Positions 13,623 through 27,923 of a stretch of DNA of 64,000 nucleotides are shown here, in pieces. The stretch spans positions 116,684,001 to 116,748,000 of the forward strand of contig OZ024743.1 of assembly GCA_964016885.1 (NCBI GenBank), read 5' to 3'. The DNA is from Eledone cirrhosa (lineage: Eukaryota). The first letter of the stretch is position 1. The number at the start of each line of letters is the position of its first letter. The translations under genes and the position numbers were made by a program. The notes below the pieces were generated by a model. The model was not told the DNA's origin. It worked only from the letters and a program-made list of their open reading frames with translations, and searched no databases.

Positions 13623-14994
13623 CACACATATATATACATATATATATATATATACAATATACACATAAATATACATAAATATACACAAGTTAATATATAC
13701 ACACATACAAATACACATATACACAAAACCATAACACACATACCAGTATATATAATATATGCACCCATAACATATACACGCATATATACGTACGAGGTAG
13801 TATACGTACCACCACAACCATACGGGTAAGGTATACTTACCTTTACATATAAGTAATGGTATACACATAAAATATACTTAGCTACCACATCAAGACATAA
13901 ATTATCCGCGTATTGTTCGTACCATCCGTTAGGCTATAATGTGGGGCTGTAATATAGGAAAGTTTTATGCAATTTGTGTTTACAAGCCGAAATTGCCTCA
14001 GATTTTCTGTTGAAGATATGATCATTGGTGTAGAGTATTTCCAGGGCTTTAGCTGCACACAGATCGCATATATATACATATATATATAGATTATCGTTGG
14101 GTATATGTATGAGTTGCTGTATGTTTATATATGCGAGTGAGTGAATATGTATATATATGTATACGTATAAGCACGTTGGTATTTTTTTTATACACATATA
14201 TATGAATGTATGTATATGTGTATATATGGGTATGTATGAATGTGTATGTGTGTTTGCACGTATGTATGGTGTGTATATATGTGCATAGGGTTTTCGTATA
14301 TGTACGTTTGGAGAACATATGTGTATTTAGCTAACATATTTAGCTTAACATGTGTGTAGGTATGTGTGTGTGTGCGTTATATACGCATTTATGCGTGTAT
14401 GTTTATATATGTACATATTTATATGTATATTTGGTGTATACATTCGTATGTGTGCGGGTATATGTGGCGCCCTGGTTTACGTACATATGCGCGTGTTTAT
14501 GTGTACGTGCATGTATATGCATGCATGGCGAATATGTTCGTGTATGCACGTGTATGTACGTATATATATATGTGTGTATGTATATATTTAATTATTATTA
14601 CTTTTATGATTTTAATATCCTCTGACATTTTCGGTCAACTAATTTATGTACATTATTCTTAACTCCGAAGCCGAGAATCATTAGGTTTCCTAAATAAAAT
14701 ATTAGTCTAATGACTCCATTTATATCATAAACGTGGTTTTGTCTTTGCCTGTAATTGTTCTCAACGTCCCACATAACGACGTATTATCATCGCTTTTTTC
14801 CGTTCATTACCAGGGAACGTCTTCAGGAACCGTTTTTCGAAATATTGCAACGTTTTTCGAAATATTTACTTCTGCGTTCACAGATTGATTTTTCTAAAAC
14901 TGAATACTAACCAATACTATTACTAATTTTTACTTATTCCTAATTAAACTATTTTTCACTGTGAACAATTTGTCACCATTTTCTTTTCCTTTTA

Positions 14995-15035
<41 letters not shown>

Positions 15036-15239
15036 CGGAGGAGTTGTAGTTAGGAACCAGATGGACGTTAACGCACCAGATTAGTTAATACTTAGGGTAG
15101 TAGAGTGGTTAATAGGAAAAAGTATGACCCCGACGGCAGAGCTCAAGCCGTTTCGACGGCTATTTCTGGACTGAAATATCCATCGAAACGGCTTGAGCTT
15201 TGCCGTCGGTGTCATAGGTTTTCCTAAATATATATATAT

Positions 15240-16030
15240 ATTTGTTTTCCAAGGTTTTTGATATTAAATGGCGTGTTGAAACAAGTATCATTATATTTAG
15301 GGAGGTTCATATTGTTATAATATTGCCAGAAATAATAATAAAACACACTCACTGTTTCGTTTTGATCGGCATTCCCTACTGTATCTTTTATATCTCCATA
15401 GTTAATTCATCTGGCAATCACATGTAGTCTATAACATATGATGTATAAAGGGTAATTGCACAGACATGACAACAACATACATAGCTGAGATAGATCAAAG
15501 CATAGGAGAGAGCATAGACCAGCACTGGGAGAACTAAAAGGTCAAAAAGACTGTTCGGTACTATATGAACACGCTAGACAAAAACAAGATGTTAATATAG
15601 ACAACATAGGAATTTAAATAATATCCAAATATAGAAATGACTCAACGGGTAGACAAATCAGATAAACAACTGAAATGGAACTAAGGAAACCAAAGTAGAA
15701 CAGAAAAGTGAATGGAATAACAACAAACATAATCAAACAAACAATACTGACCTAAGGTAAATATAAATAAATAAATAAATAAATATACACAAGTACAATA
15801 GCAACATATATACATAAACACACACTAGTGAACAAAGATAGAATACAAACACACTTCGACTCAAACACGAACACACACAACAAACTGAAAACGCACACGC
15901 AAACGCATGTGCAAACAGGGACAGAGACAAGAATAAATAAGTATTATTTAATAAAAATGGCGTAGACATTACAATACAACGGGAGGAAACTTAATAGTAC
16001 CACTGATGGTGTCACAGATGTGTGACTATA
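15240..16030. mobile_element. Older diverged fragments of the same Penelope-like family (GIY-YIG end + pLTR, with inverted pLTR piece)
   Basis: 15455-15720 resembles YI-E--RSIGE...LNRK-EW; AAAATGGCGTAG and CACTGATGGTGTCACAGATGTGTGAC pLTR motifs. Confidence 0.65.
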
Positions 16031-16069
16031 TCTATACATATATATAAAAAAAAAATTCGTTCTACATGG

Positions 16070-16478
16070 CTGAATACAATAAATTTAATCTGAGTTTTTC
16101 GAATATTAATAATAACATTCGATTCGTTTTAAATTATGCAACCAACCCTCAATTGTATAGCTATGTCAGTAGAATGAACCCTTCATTCTTGCTCTTGTGT
16201 TGGCATGCGAACAGAACTGCAGACACTAATGTTTCTGTGTATTTTCGAAAATAGCATATATTTTCACTAGCTCAGACAGTTTGGTAGGTGAACAGTGAGC
16301 TGTACTGATAAAGGGTGATACCCAGAAACATCAGTGTCTGCAGTTCTGTTCGCATGCCTACACAAGAGCAACAATGAAGGGTTCATTCTACTGACATGGC
16401 TATAAAATTGAGGACTATTTGCATAATTGAAAACGAATCGAATGTTATTATTAATATTCGAAAAACTGAGATTACATT

Positions 16479-16482
<4 letters not shown>
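16070..16482. repeat. Inverted duplication with hammerhead variant at 16297-16346 (+)
   Basis: Arms ~16077-16237 and 16324-16482; GAGCTGTA-CTGATAA-AGGG tgata CCCA-GAAA-CA tcag TG-TC-TGCAGTTC (core G8>A). Confidence 0.75.
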
Positions 16483-16564
<82 letters not shown>

Positions 16565-16698
16565 CTGTAATTTGAACCGTTGGTCAATCAATCAGAAACA
16601 TTGATTGCCAGATAAATTAACTGTGTATATATATATATATCACTCAGATAAATCGATCAACGTTCAACGAACGAAGATATTTACATATCTGAGGTCAC

Positions 16699-18723
16699 CA
16701 GGGTGTGGCAATGTCGAAATATGGACATACAATTCATACATTTAAGAAAGTAACTGATTTTATTCGGAGAGAGGTCAGTTTTCGGGTGTGTGTACGTCTT
16801 CGTGTAGTCAGCTGCCTTTGTTCTGCTTTATGCTGATAAATATATTGAATTATCTTTATCTCGGTTTGTGGGTGTGTAGGTATGTTTATGTATGTCTCAA
16901 CGAAAGGTCTTGCCTTTTTATTGCCCCCAGCCGACCAAATTGTTAGCGTAGCGTCAGAATCAATTATTTTTGCTAGGCAAGCGAACATCTGCACATGTTG
17001 ACATGAAAATATCCGCTTTCTGCTACTGCACACACACGTTTAAGATTTTATTCTACATTAAAATTATTTTATATAGTAAGTCAAATTAATTGTCTATGTT
17101 CTTATCTACATTTGAATCAATATCAAAACACTTAAAAGAAAACATTATTTTAGGCGTAATACTATATTAAAAGAAAGTTGCGTAGTTTTTATTCTTATTT
17201 ACAATTGAGTAAATGACTAAAAGTTTAAAAGTTTTTAATAGAAAGTTTTAGTTTTGATATGCGTGTGGGCACGAGATGGGCAGCTTATTTGTTTATTTCA
17301 AACGCTATAACTCTATTTTTAATGATGGTGTGTTTTCAGGTATATGGCTATCTGAAGTTTGGTAAGATTTTAATTTAAATGATTGTGTATAAGTTTTGAT
17401 ATGTAACTATCTGTTCTGATACCTCCATGAGTACAACATGCGTGTGTATAAAAATCGTTAGTGCACTCACAATACTATATTAAAAGAAAGCGTTAGAATG
17501 TATATGCGTGTGATTACGAAATGGGCAGCTTCTTTTATAACACTAACACTTTAATTTTAATGCTGCTGTGTGTGGTTTGATATGTAGCTATCTAATCGGA
17601 TACTTCTATACGATCCAAATAAGTGTGTATATTTTGGTGCATGGGTCTTCTATCTACCTAGGTTTGCCTCTGCAAAGGTACAGGATTAGCAGCTTTTGTA
17701 GTTGATACGTGCGCTAAAACTATAGTTACAATTATTCTGCGCATGGTTTGTAATTATGCATCTCTATAGTTCAATTAGAGCTATATGTGTGTGTATATAG
17801 TGGTGAATATGTTCTTTGTTGACCTTGGGATGGGCTAGCAAATGTACTAGGGAACTCTAGAGTGTCCATGCAGAATGAATATTAGCCATGATCTACCCAG
17901 CTGGATCATGAGAAGGTCTGATATTCAGATATGTTTTATAGATCCTAAGTCTACACGAGGTAAAACGTTCGTACGTTTTCTCTAATAATTGATCCTTGGC
18001 GAACAGCACCTGGATTGTTCCCTCTGATCATAAATTGTATGAACGGCGTCCTCGTGAATAATATTTGGCCTTGGAAAAAATGCTCCAATTTAGATCATAG
18101 GTGATATTTTTGACATGGAGGTCCCAAATATGGTTAGACAGTGCTGTCGCATTTCGCGGGGCGGGGTTTCTAAACGAATTTTGATGTTGATAATACCGGT
18201 TCTTGAACTCACAGGCTGTTTATCCAATGCAGGCATTGTAGTAATGCTCCGTCGTCACGTTGCACTTGTATACAATATTACGTTGTCGGTATCTATTGTT
18301 GAGAGGGCAAATTGATTTATCTAGACAGTTACAATGCCTGGGTTGCTCGTCTCTTAAATGCGTGTGTGAAGGACTAGAAAGCTGAAATTTTCATGGCAAC
18401 AGATTCAGATCTCAGCTTGCCTGGCAGAATCAATTGATTCTAACCACTCTCATACAATTTAGCCCTCTGGAGGCAATAAAAAGGCAAGCCTTTTGTTGTC
18501 ATATAAATCAACATACCTACACACCCACATGCCTAAGTAAAGTTAATACAATATACTTATCAGGATAAACTAGAACAAAGACAGCTGACCACACAAAGAC
18601 GTATATATAAATATATGTACACACACACCCGAAAACTGACCATTCCATGAATAAAAACCAGATACTTTCTTAAAAACCTTTATGTATACATTGTATACCA
18701 TATTGGGACATTGCCGCCCCCTT
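16699..18723. mobile_element. ~2 kb non-autonomous element with ~350 bp diverged terminal inverted repeats (possibly hAT-like)
   Basis: 16699-17045 is reverse complementary to ~18350-18723; termini CAGGGTGTGGCAATGTC / GACATTGCCGCCCCCT; no transposase recognised. Confidence 0.6.
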
Positions 18724-18951
18724 ATGATGTCCACTATTTTTGCCACCAGAAAACCGGTTTCTCGGTTCGGAACTCGCTGCTAAAACGACTGGAGCTCACC
18801 CGTCGGGTTCCGAATCCTTCATATTACCAAACTTTACTACCCCAAGTATCGAGTATACTGGTGAGTAATGACCGAACAGGTGTTTACTGCATCCATTCTG
18901 ATATATATATATATATTTTTCGGTGCGCCTGGCCGACTGATCTCACTCGAT

Positions 18952-18999
18952 ATGCAAATTAGGCTGCTCAGCCGTTAATTTTCATAAGGAAAGTATATA
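18952..18999 (+). promoter_or_regulatory. Octamer ATGCAAAT + TATATA, putative snRNA-type internal promoter
   Basis: Octamer 18952-18959, 34 nt spacer, TATATA 18994-18999; retained in all seven copies that include this region. Confidence 0.5.
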
Positions 19000-19033
19000 C
19001 TTTCGAACGTTCAACCATCTGGCAGAAGGGGAT

Positions 19034-19076
19034 ACGGTGCTGACGATAGCTAACAAACTTGAAACTAGTACATCGT
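19034..19076 (+). ncRNA. Minimal type I hammerhead ribozyme
   Basis: ACGGTG-CTGACGA-TAGCTAACAAACTT-GAAA-CTAG-TA-CATCGT; predicted cleavage after GUA (19070). Confidence 0.85.
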
Positions 19077-19222
19077 TCCTGTGTCAGTGTTGAACAAAAA
19101 GGTGACGTGGTTGCCTTAACACCGTACGGCATAAATCAGGTTGTCCGTTTGTTTACAAACGAACTAAGCGAACATTATAATAAATGTTCGCTAAACTGAT
19201 ACGTACATATATATATGTGTGC

Positions 19223-19300
<78 letters not shown>

Positions 19301-19359
19301 ATATATATACATGCTACTGTACGTATGTATACATTAATGTATGTACGTATACATACATA

Positions 19360-19423
<64 letters not shown>

Positions 19424-22174
19424 GGGAAGAAATAGGAAAACTGTGTGGTTGCACATGGGTTACATATTATAAAATTACTCCCTCATCATATATATATATA
19501 TATAAATTACTATTTTCTTCTATAACCTGGATTTTTTGGCCTTTTGTCAATAGTTTGTGTCTACTGATGAGCAACATGTGGTCTTGTTTAGGCTTTATAT
19601 CACTTGATTCTATGTCTAAAGGTTGTGGTATTTTAAATGTCACGATCATCTCAATATCCCATTGATTGTTACATGAAATATATTTTTCTGTTCGTCATTA
19701 AGAAATATTACCCATTGAAGTATGTATCTGATTAGAGAATATATAGCTATTGGCTACATTTATCACCATTTTCATCAGATAAATTGTGAATAATTACCCA
19801 TGTCACTCACCTAAGATTATCTATATACAGAAATACGTCTAGAATATATAGAACAAATGAGATAATCTGCTATGGAGTAATAGACAATAGAAACCTATTT
19901 ATTATACTAATGGCTTATATCATTTTTTCATGAAATCATACCAGGGCTACCTTATCTACTTTGCCCAGAATTCGAAGAATTATTTTGCCAAAATCAGAGA
20001 AACGATTCTCTCCTTTACAACGAGCAATACAGCATAAAGATAAATCAAAATTATATATCCCTTCAGCAACAATCAAACCTGGCCTCATTTATCATATTTA
20101 CCTTCAAAACGATATAATATAATGCAAATGAGTAGCTTTGGCAGTAAATTCTCCAGCATAGATTTTCAATATTTGAAACTCCGATTCTATTTTCATGCCG
20201 GTATCTCTCCATACAGTCATAGTATTTCCCATCTTAAAATATTGATTGATGTCAAATGCCTAATCTGATTCGATTTTAATGGCAATTTGAATGTTAATCA
20301 TTATATAACACTTCATTTATGTTCGTGTTGAGATATCAATTTATATTAACTGATTGTGTATTAACGAATTATACAAATGTGTCGAACAAGTGAAGGGTGT
20401 CACTTTTGTTGCCTGGCATGCTAGAAGTTAAATACCCCTGCAAATCCGAGAAGTTCACAGAGCAATGAAATATCCTACGCAATAATTTGATGAATGTATT
20501 AAGGTCATGCTGTTATTCTCTCACCAATTCCTTGTCAGCTTGAAACTTGATTTGAGCTCTCATCAACGCTTCGAGGGCCACTCGGAGGGGCAGTTGAAAG
20601 AGAAAATTTAAGTTCTTCAATCCAGTAAATATAGTAAATTTTGGGTGAAACTGGCTTGCATGGAAATACTAAATAAACCTACTTAGAACGTGTAGCTTTG
20701 ACTGATAACGCAACTGAGAGAGGGTATATAGTCAGATTAATCTAGCATTTGCTCAACCCTAGAAATATCCATCTCTTATTGGACACACACATAAGGTAAA
20801 TGAGTATAGCGATAGTTGGTCAATATAAACAGCAGTTATGGGTCAGCGTTGATTTTTTTTCTCTTTTAAGGTTGCTAAAAATACAATAATAATTAAACAT
20901 CCGTCTAAGATAAAAAGTATTAGGAAATTCTGAAATGTAAATTGTAGATGTAAATGATTATAATAATTGATCACTACAAATAATTTCCTAATCGAAGAGA
21001 ACAATGCCTATAATTTCGAGATTGGTGGATCCGATTAAAGAGGCCCCAGTTCTTGACTAACACTTTATTTATCGACCCTGAAATAATAATGACAAAACTG
21101 GTTTCAGCAATATTTGAACTCAGAACTCAAAAAGCCAGGATTGCGAGGCATCTGTCTGACTCTCTAACGATTCTGCCAATCCACCATCCTTACTTTATTA
21201 GCAATAATGAAATTCATGTGATAAATATTATTTGAAATGTCATCGTCCCAATGATACTGACTATAATAAGAGACGATTACTACGAATAATAGTTTAAAAT
21301 GTAGGGTAAAGTATCTCGGGAAACGAAAGAAAGTAGATGTCTCTTCCCACTATTTTCCGCCCCCAAGGGTACTTCAAGTGATTAGCTGATGGGGCCTCTA
21401 TCGATCTTGTTTCCAGGAGTACTTTATCCAAATTTCTCAAGAATTACTTATAGAGATCGCCTATGTTTCTGAATTCAACCGGTTCTTAAATTAATTGTTT
21501 CTACTTTAGGCACAAGGCCAGCAATTACCCAGTCTTAAATTAATATTATATATTTTAGCAACCACAGAACATGAAATAGCATCACTCAACCTTGTCAGAA
21601 ATTAAACACATGTGGTGGAAGGTGTGGATTACAAGAACCAAGACGGTGAAGACGATGGCGATAATGAACATGACATTGATAATCATGTTAAACAAGAAAA
21701 GATTTATTTATACATAAGACTAGCATTGAATCATCGGAATGATGAAAGTCATAGTTGACATCGACGATGTTTTAACTCAGAAGATAATGAAACGTAGCTG
21801 AATAACACAAAGCACTCTGTTCGACGATCTAACGATTCTGCCTACCAATCGTTCTCATACATATAACAACATTAAAAATAAGAGACGATGGCTACACTGA
21901 GAAAAAGTAAGAATAAACATTACAACAACTACAACAATAGCAACCACAATAATGATCACATTAGCAACAACAACAATAAAAACATGACACGATAACTACA
22001 CTGAAAAAAATAAAGACAAACTGAACGACAACAACAATTGCATGAATAACGACTACCACAACAATAAGGGCCTCAACAACAAATTTGTATCAATTCAAAA
22101 AGGTACTTAATATGGTAATGAGTAAGAAATATATGTTTACAAAACGATAATTTTTGTTTCATAATGAAAAACAA

Positions 22175-22234
<60 letters not shown>

Positions 22235-22759
22235 GAAAATAAATTGGTACAAAGACAATAAATTTAGAATTATAAACAAATAATAGAAATAGAAAACAGA
22301 AATACAAATATATATAAATATAAATATTAATTAATTATGCTATTGACTTAATCTCTATTTAATCGTTTACGTTTTTCGTATTAGTGTTTCTCAAACTACT
22401 GGGTGGGGAAGTTGTGTTTGTGTGTTTGTGATTGTTCCGGAGTGTGTATGCTCTTGTATAATGGCCTGCATCTCTGAATGTATATAGTAAATGTGTGTTA
22501 TGAGGGCATGAGTGTGTTTGTGTGTGTGCGTATGTGGTCTTGTATGTTTCGTGTATTTATTTGTGAAAGGCCATTTGGTCAATATCTGTTATGTGTGTGT
22601 TCGTATGATATATGTGTATATATATATACATATAGATATTTGTATGTATGAGCGTGCTTGTAAATTCGATTATATCTATCTATCTGGGCATATATCATTG
22701 GGGTAGTGACGGTAGATATATGCAAATATATATATTTGTATACAAATATACATATATAT

Positions 22760-22818
<59 letters not shown>

Positions 22819-23234
22819 TATGTGTGTGTGTGTGTGTGTGTATGTGTGTGCGTGCGTGTGTGCGCGTGTGTGTGTGTGTACAATTATACACAAATACATA
22901 ATATCAACAATGATTTCATCATAATTTAAGTTCAAAAATAATAAAACTAATAAAATTCGAATAAATGTTGAAATATTAGATTTTGTTGGAAATCAATAGA
23001 TATTAGTTCCTTTGTAGCTCTCAGTATAACTGTTTCTTTCTCAGAGGAAATTCATACTATTCATGCGATACAAAACGTCAAACGGATGCATACCTATATA
23101 TATATGTAAAAGGTAAGCAAAAATAACAACGCAATCCGTACAATATATCGAAGGACTATATTAGGTTAACGCTTGAAATAGCAGGAAGGGGGTCTTAACG
23201 TTTTGGACGCTAATATATATATATATATATATAT

Positions 23235-24507
23235 ATTAGAAAGATCGAGTATCGAAAAATCGGCGCACGAGTTAACGAAAAACGAAATTCGATATGAGCG
23301 GCAGAGGGCTCAATAATTCAGATGAATCAGAGCTATAACTATCGTTAAAATACCGTCACATATAGAACAAGTCTACAATCAACCATACGATTTAAAATCG
23401 ATAAAGGAAGATTCGGGCCAAACAGATAAAAAATATCAATAAAACAATACGTCAATAATTTAAATGAATGTAAAATCATACCCGGACCCACTAGAAAGGT
23501 GTTAAATCTAGCTTCATGGGTTTCTGTAAATCCTTAGACAGTACTCTATCAGCTCACATATAAATATAAAAGCCTACTAGAATAAGTGGAACGGAGTTTA
23601 CGTTGTCAACGAGTTTTATCCTGGCGGCAAAGGAGTCAACTAGCGGTGAAAAACGCACATGGCATTAGACAAGGGAGATGACCCCTATATCCGCGAAAAT
23701 AATTCGAGTGAATGTGGAAATACACATATCGAATTAGAGTGCTCAATAGACATGTTAAAATAAAACAAAAGCTATTCATCACTCAATAGAATCGACAAAA
23801 TATGAGCAATAAAATTAACTGGTGGATAGCTATGTCCAGAGCTAAATATATTAGAAAGATCGAGTATCGAAAAATCGGCGCACGAGTTAACGAAAAACGA
23901 AATTCGATATGAGCGGCAGAGGGCTCAATAATTCAGATGAATCAGAGCTATAACTATCGTTAAAATACCGTCACATATAGAACAAGTCTACAATCAACCA
24001 TACGATTTAAAATCGATAAAGGAAGATTCGGGCCAAACAGATAAAAAATATCAATAAAACAATACGTCAATAATTTAAATGAATGTAAAATCATACCCGG
24101 ACCCACTAGAAAGGTGTTAAATCTAGCTTCATGGGTTTCTGTAAATCCTTAGACAGTACTCTATCAGCTCACATATAAATATAAAAGCCTACTAGAATAA
24201 GTGGAACGGAGTTTACGTTGTCAACGAGTTTTATCCTGGCGGCAAAGGAGTCAACTAGCGGTGAAAAACGCACATGGCATTAGACAAGGGAGATGACCCC
24301 TATATCCGCGAAAATAATTCGAGTGAATGTGGAAATACACATATCGAATTAGAGTGCTCAATAGACATGTTAAAATAAAACAAAAGCTATTCATCACTCA
24401 ATAGAATCGACAAAATATGAGCAATAAAATTAACTGGTGGATAGCTATGTCCAGAGCTAAATATATTAGAAAGATCGAGTATCGAAAAATCGGCGCACGA
24501 GTTAACG
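23235..24507. repeat. Tandem repeat, 615 bp unit x ~2.07, inserted in (TA)n
   Basis: ATTAGAAAGATCGAGTATCG starts at 23235, 23850 and 24465; no differences seen between units by eye. Confidence 0.9.
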
Positions 24508-24597
24508 TATATATATATATGAGTTAATGTATATATATATATGATGACGCCGATGAATTAATGAATTAATGTATATATATATATGATGACGCCGATG

Positions 24598-25157
24598 AAT
24601 TTGTTTTGCGAGATTTGTTATATGAAATCGTGTGTGGAAACAAATATTGTTATACTTGGGGAGGGTCATATTGTTGTAATAATATTGCCAGAGTTAGTAA
24701 CAGAACACACTCACTGTTTGGTTGATTTTCGCTTCTGTATCTTTTATATCTCCACAGTTAATTCATTCGGTCCTCAATGTTTACCATTGACTGACCATCG
24801 GTAAAAAATACAGGTATAATATAGATAAAATACAGATATAATATGGATATAATATAGATATAAACACATAAAATAAAGATGGCGTAGATATACGAAACAA
24901 CAGGAGGAACATAATAGCACCACTGACGATGTTGCAGATGTGCAACGAAACAACTTTGTTAAACTATATATATGTGTTTATATCTATATTATATGTGTAT
25001 TTTTTAACCGTTGGTCACTCAATGGTAAACGTTGAGGACCAAATGAATTAACGGTGGAGATATAAAAGATACAGAAGCAAAAACCAACCAAACACTCTGT
25101 GTGTTGTGTTATTATTTCTGGCAATATTATTACAACAATATGACCCTCCCCAAGTAT

Positions 25158-25162
<5 letters not shown>
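24598..25162. mobile_element. Inverted pair of Penelope pLTR fragments with hammerhead-like motif at ~24919-24960
   Basis: Similar to pLTR 8057-8520 (ATGACCCTCCCCAAGTATAACAAT); CTGACGA-TGTTGCA gatg TGCAAC-GAAA. Confidence 0.7.
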
Positions 25163-25203
<41 letters not shown>

Positions 25204-25273
25204 GAATACACACATATAGTGTACGTCTCTACGAAACAGGTCGATATTTTTCATATGTAAACGGAACTTGTTT

Positions 25274-25361
<88 letters not shown>

Positions 25362-25365
<4 letters not shown>

Positions 25366-25800
25366 TAAGAAAGAAAACAACACAAAAATTAATAATGTCA
25401 TAAATAAAAAGACAATCTAGACAATAATCAAGTAAGGACAGCGGGACTGCGTACGGTTTATTTCTTTTAATCCAGTTAGTAAAATAAGTTGGATTACTTT
25501 GAATAAATAATTGTTTCTAGTTTTTGGCACAAAGCCAGCAATTAACCAGTGCATTACTGGTACTTTATTTTATCGATCCTTACGGGGTCGATAAAAAAAA
25601 TACCAGTAATGCACTGGTAAATTGGTGGCCTTGTGCCAAAAGTAGAAACAATTATTTATTCAATATAATCCAACTTATTTTGCTAATAGGATTTAAAGAA
25701 ATAAACCGTACGCAGTCCCGCTGTTCTTACTTGATTATAGTCTAGATTTTCTTTTTATTGATGCCATTGTTAATGTTTGTGTTGTTTTCTTCCTTAATAC
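25362..25800. repeat. Fold-back duplication centred inside a SINE
   Basis: Arms of ~215 bp contain the SINE 3' half plus non-SINE flank; centre TCGATCCTTACGGGGTCGA (25573-25591). Confidence 0.85.
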
Positions 25801-25808
25801 ACACACAC

Positions 25809-25886
<78 letters not shown>

Positions 25887-26699
25887 AATAAATAATGAAT
25901 GAATATTACATAATGTATGTGCTAAATTTTGTAACTAAATTTCGTAAACATTAATAATTTAAAATTGACTTCTTTTCAAAGTGTTATTGACATTACTACA
26001 CTTCCGGTAAATCGTCGCCACCACCACAATCACTTCAACTACTATATATATTGAAAGAGATAGTGTATGATGAGAGAGATAGAGAGATTATCATTTTCTA
26101 CACGCTGACGCATATGAGTCTGCACATACGTGCATCTATATGTATGAGTATATAACTATTATGAGTATATAACTATTATGAGTATATAACTATAATCGCG
26201 CAAACACAAACTTATAAAAATACACGCTCATGGACATTCACACAAATACACATACATTCACACATACTTTCAGACTAAAATACATACATTCTCACATATA
26301 CATTTACACAAACACACACATACAGTCATGATAGCAGCGTTCGGTGAATTGGAAATGGTAGGTTAAAACAAGTATAACGTTTTATTTATTCATTAATTCT
26401 TTATTTATTTATTAAATCTGTCATTTATTTCTAATGGAAGTTTATAAAACATACAATAATAAAGTCATTCTCAGGGATAATACGAAAACAACAGATTTAT
26501 ACCACAAATATGAAATACCAGGTTGATAATTATGATATATATCAGAAGAAAATATAGGTAAATAAAAATGTGAGTTTTCAAGGCGTCTGAGAGAATAATT
26601 TGAAAAGCTAACTCATAATTCATTGACTGGCAGATTTAAAACGACTTTAAATGTTTAATGGCGAGAATATTGATTTAGTAAAATCTCCCTATATATATG

Positions 26700-27714
<1,015 letters not shown>

Positions 27715-27874
27715 ATATAACTGCTCTGTAGAAAAACTGATGTTATTACATTGAGCCATTTATATTACTGGTAATAAGGTAGTAATAAATTACTGTCTTT
27801 CACTGTTTAGGGTATAACATATATATAACTATAAAAAGCTTTAGTATATACATAACCATAAATAGTATCCTTAA

Positions 27875-27923
<49 letters not shown>

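Larger units (their letters stand above)
18916..19340 (+). mobile_element. Single unit of octamer-TATA-hammerhead retrozyme-like repeat (subfamily A)
   Basis: Homologous to the tandem units at 39080-40560; inserted in (TA)n. Confidence 0.85.

Noticed and set aside
19564-19780. CTGATGA motifs at ~19564 (+) and ~19772 (-) as hammerheads
   Set aside because: No stem II-GAAA-stem III-UH arrangement or closing stem I found
26141-26193. 17 bp tandem TATGAGTATATAACTAT x3
   Set aside because: Ordinary slippage minisatellite with no further structure
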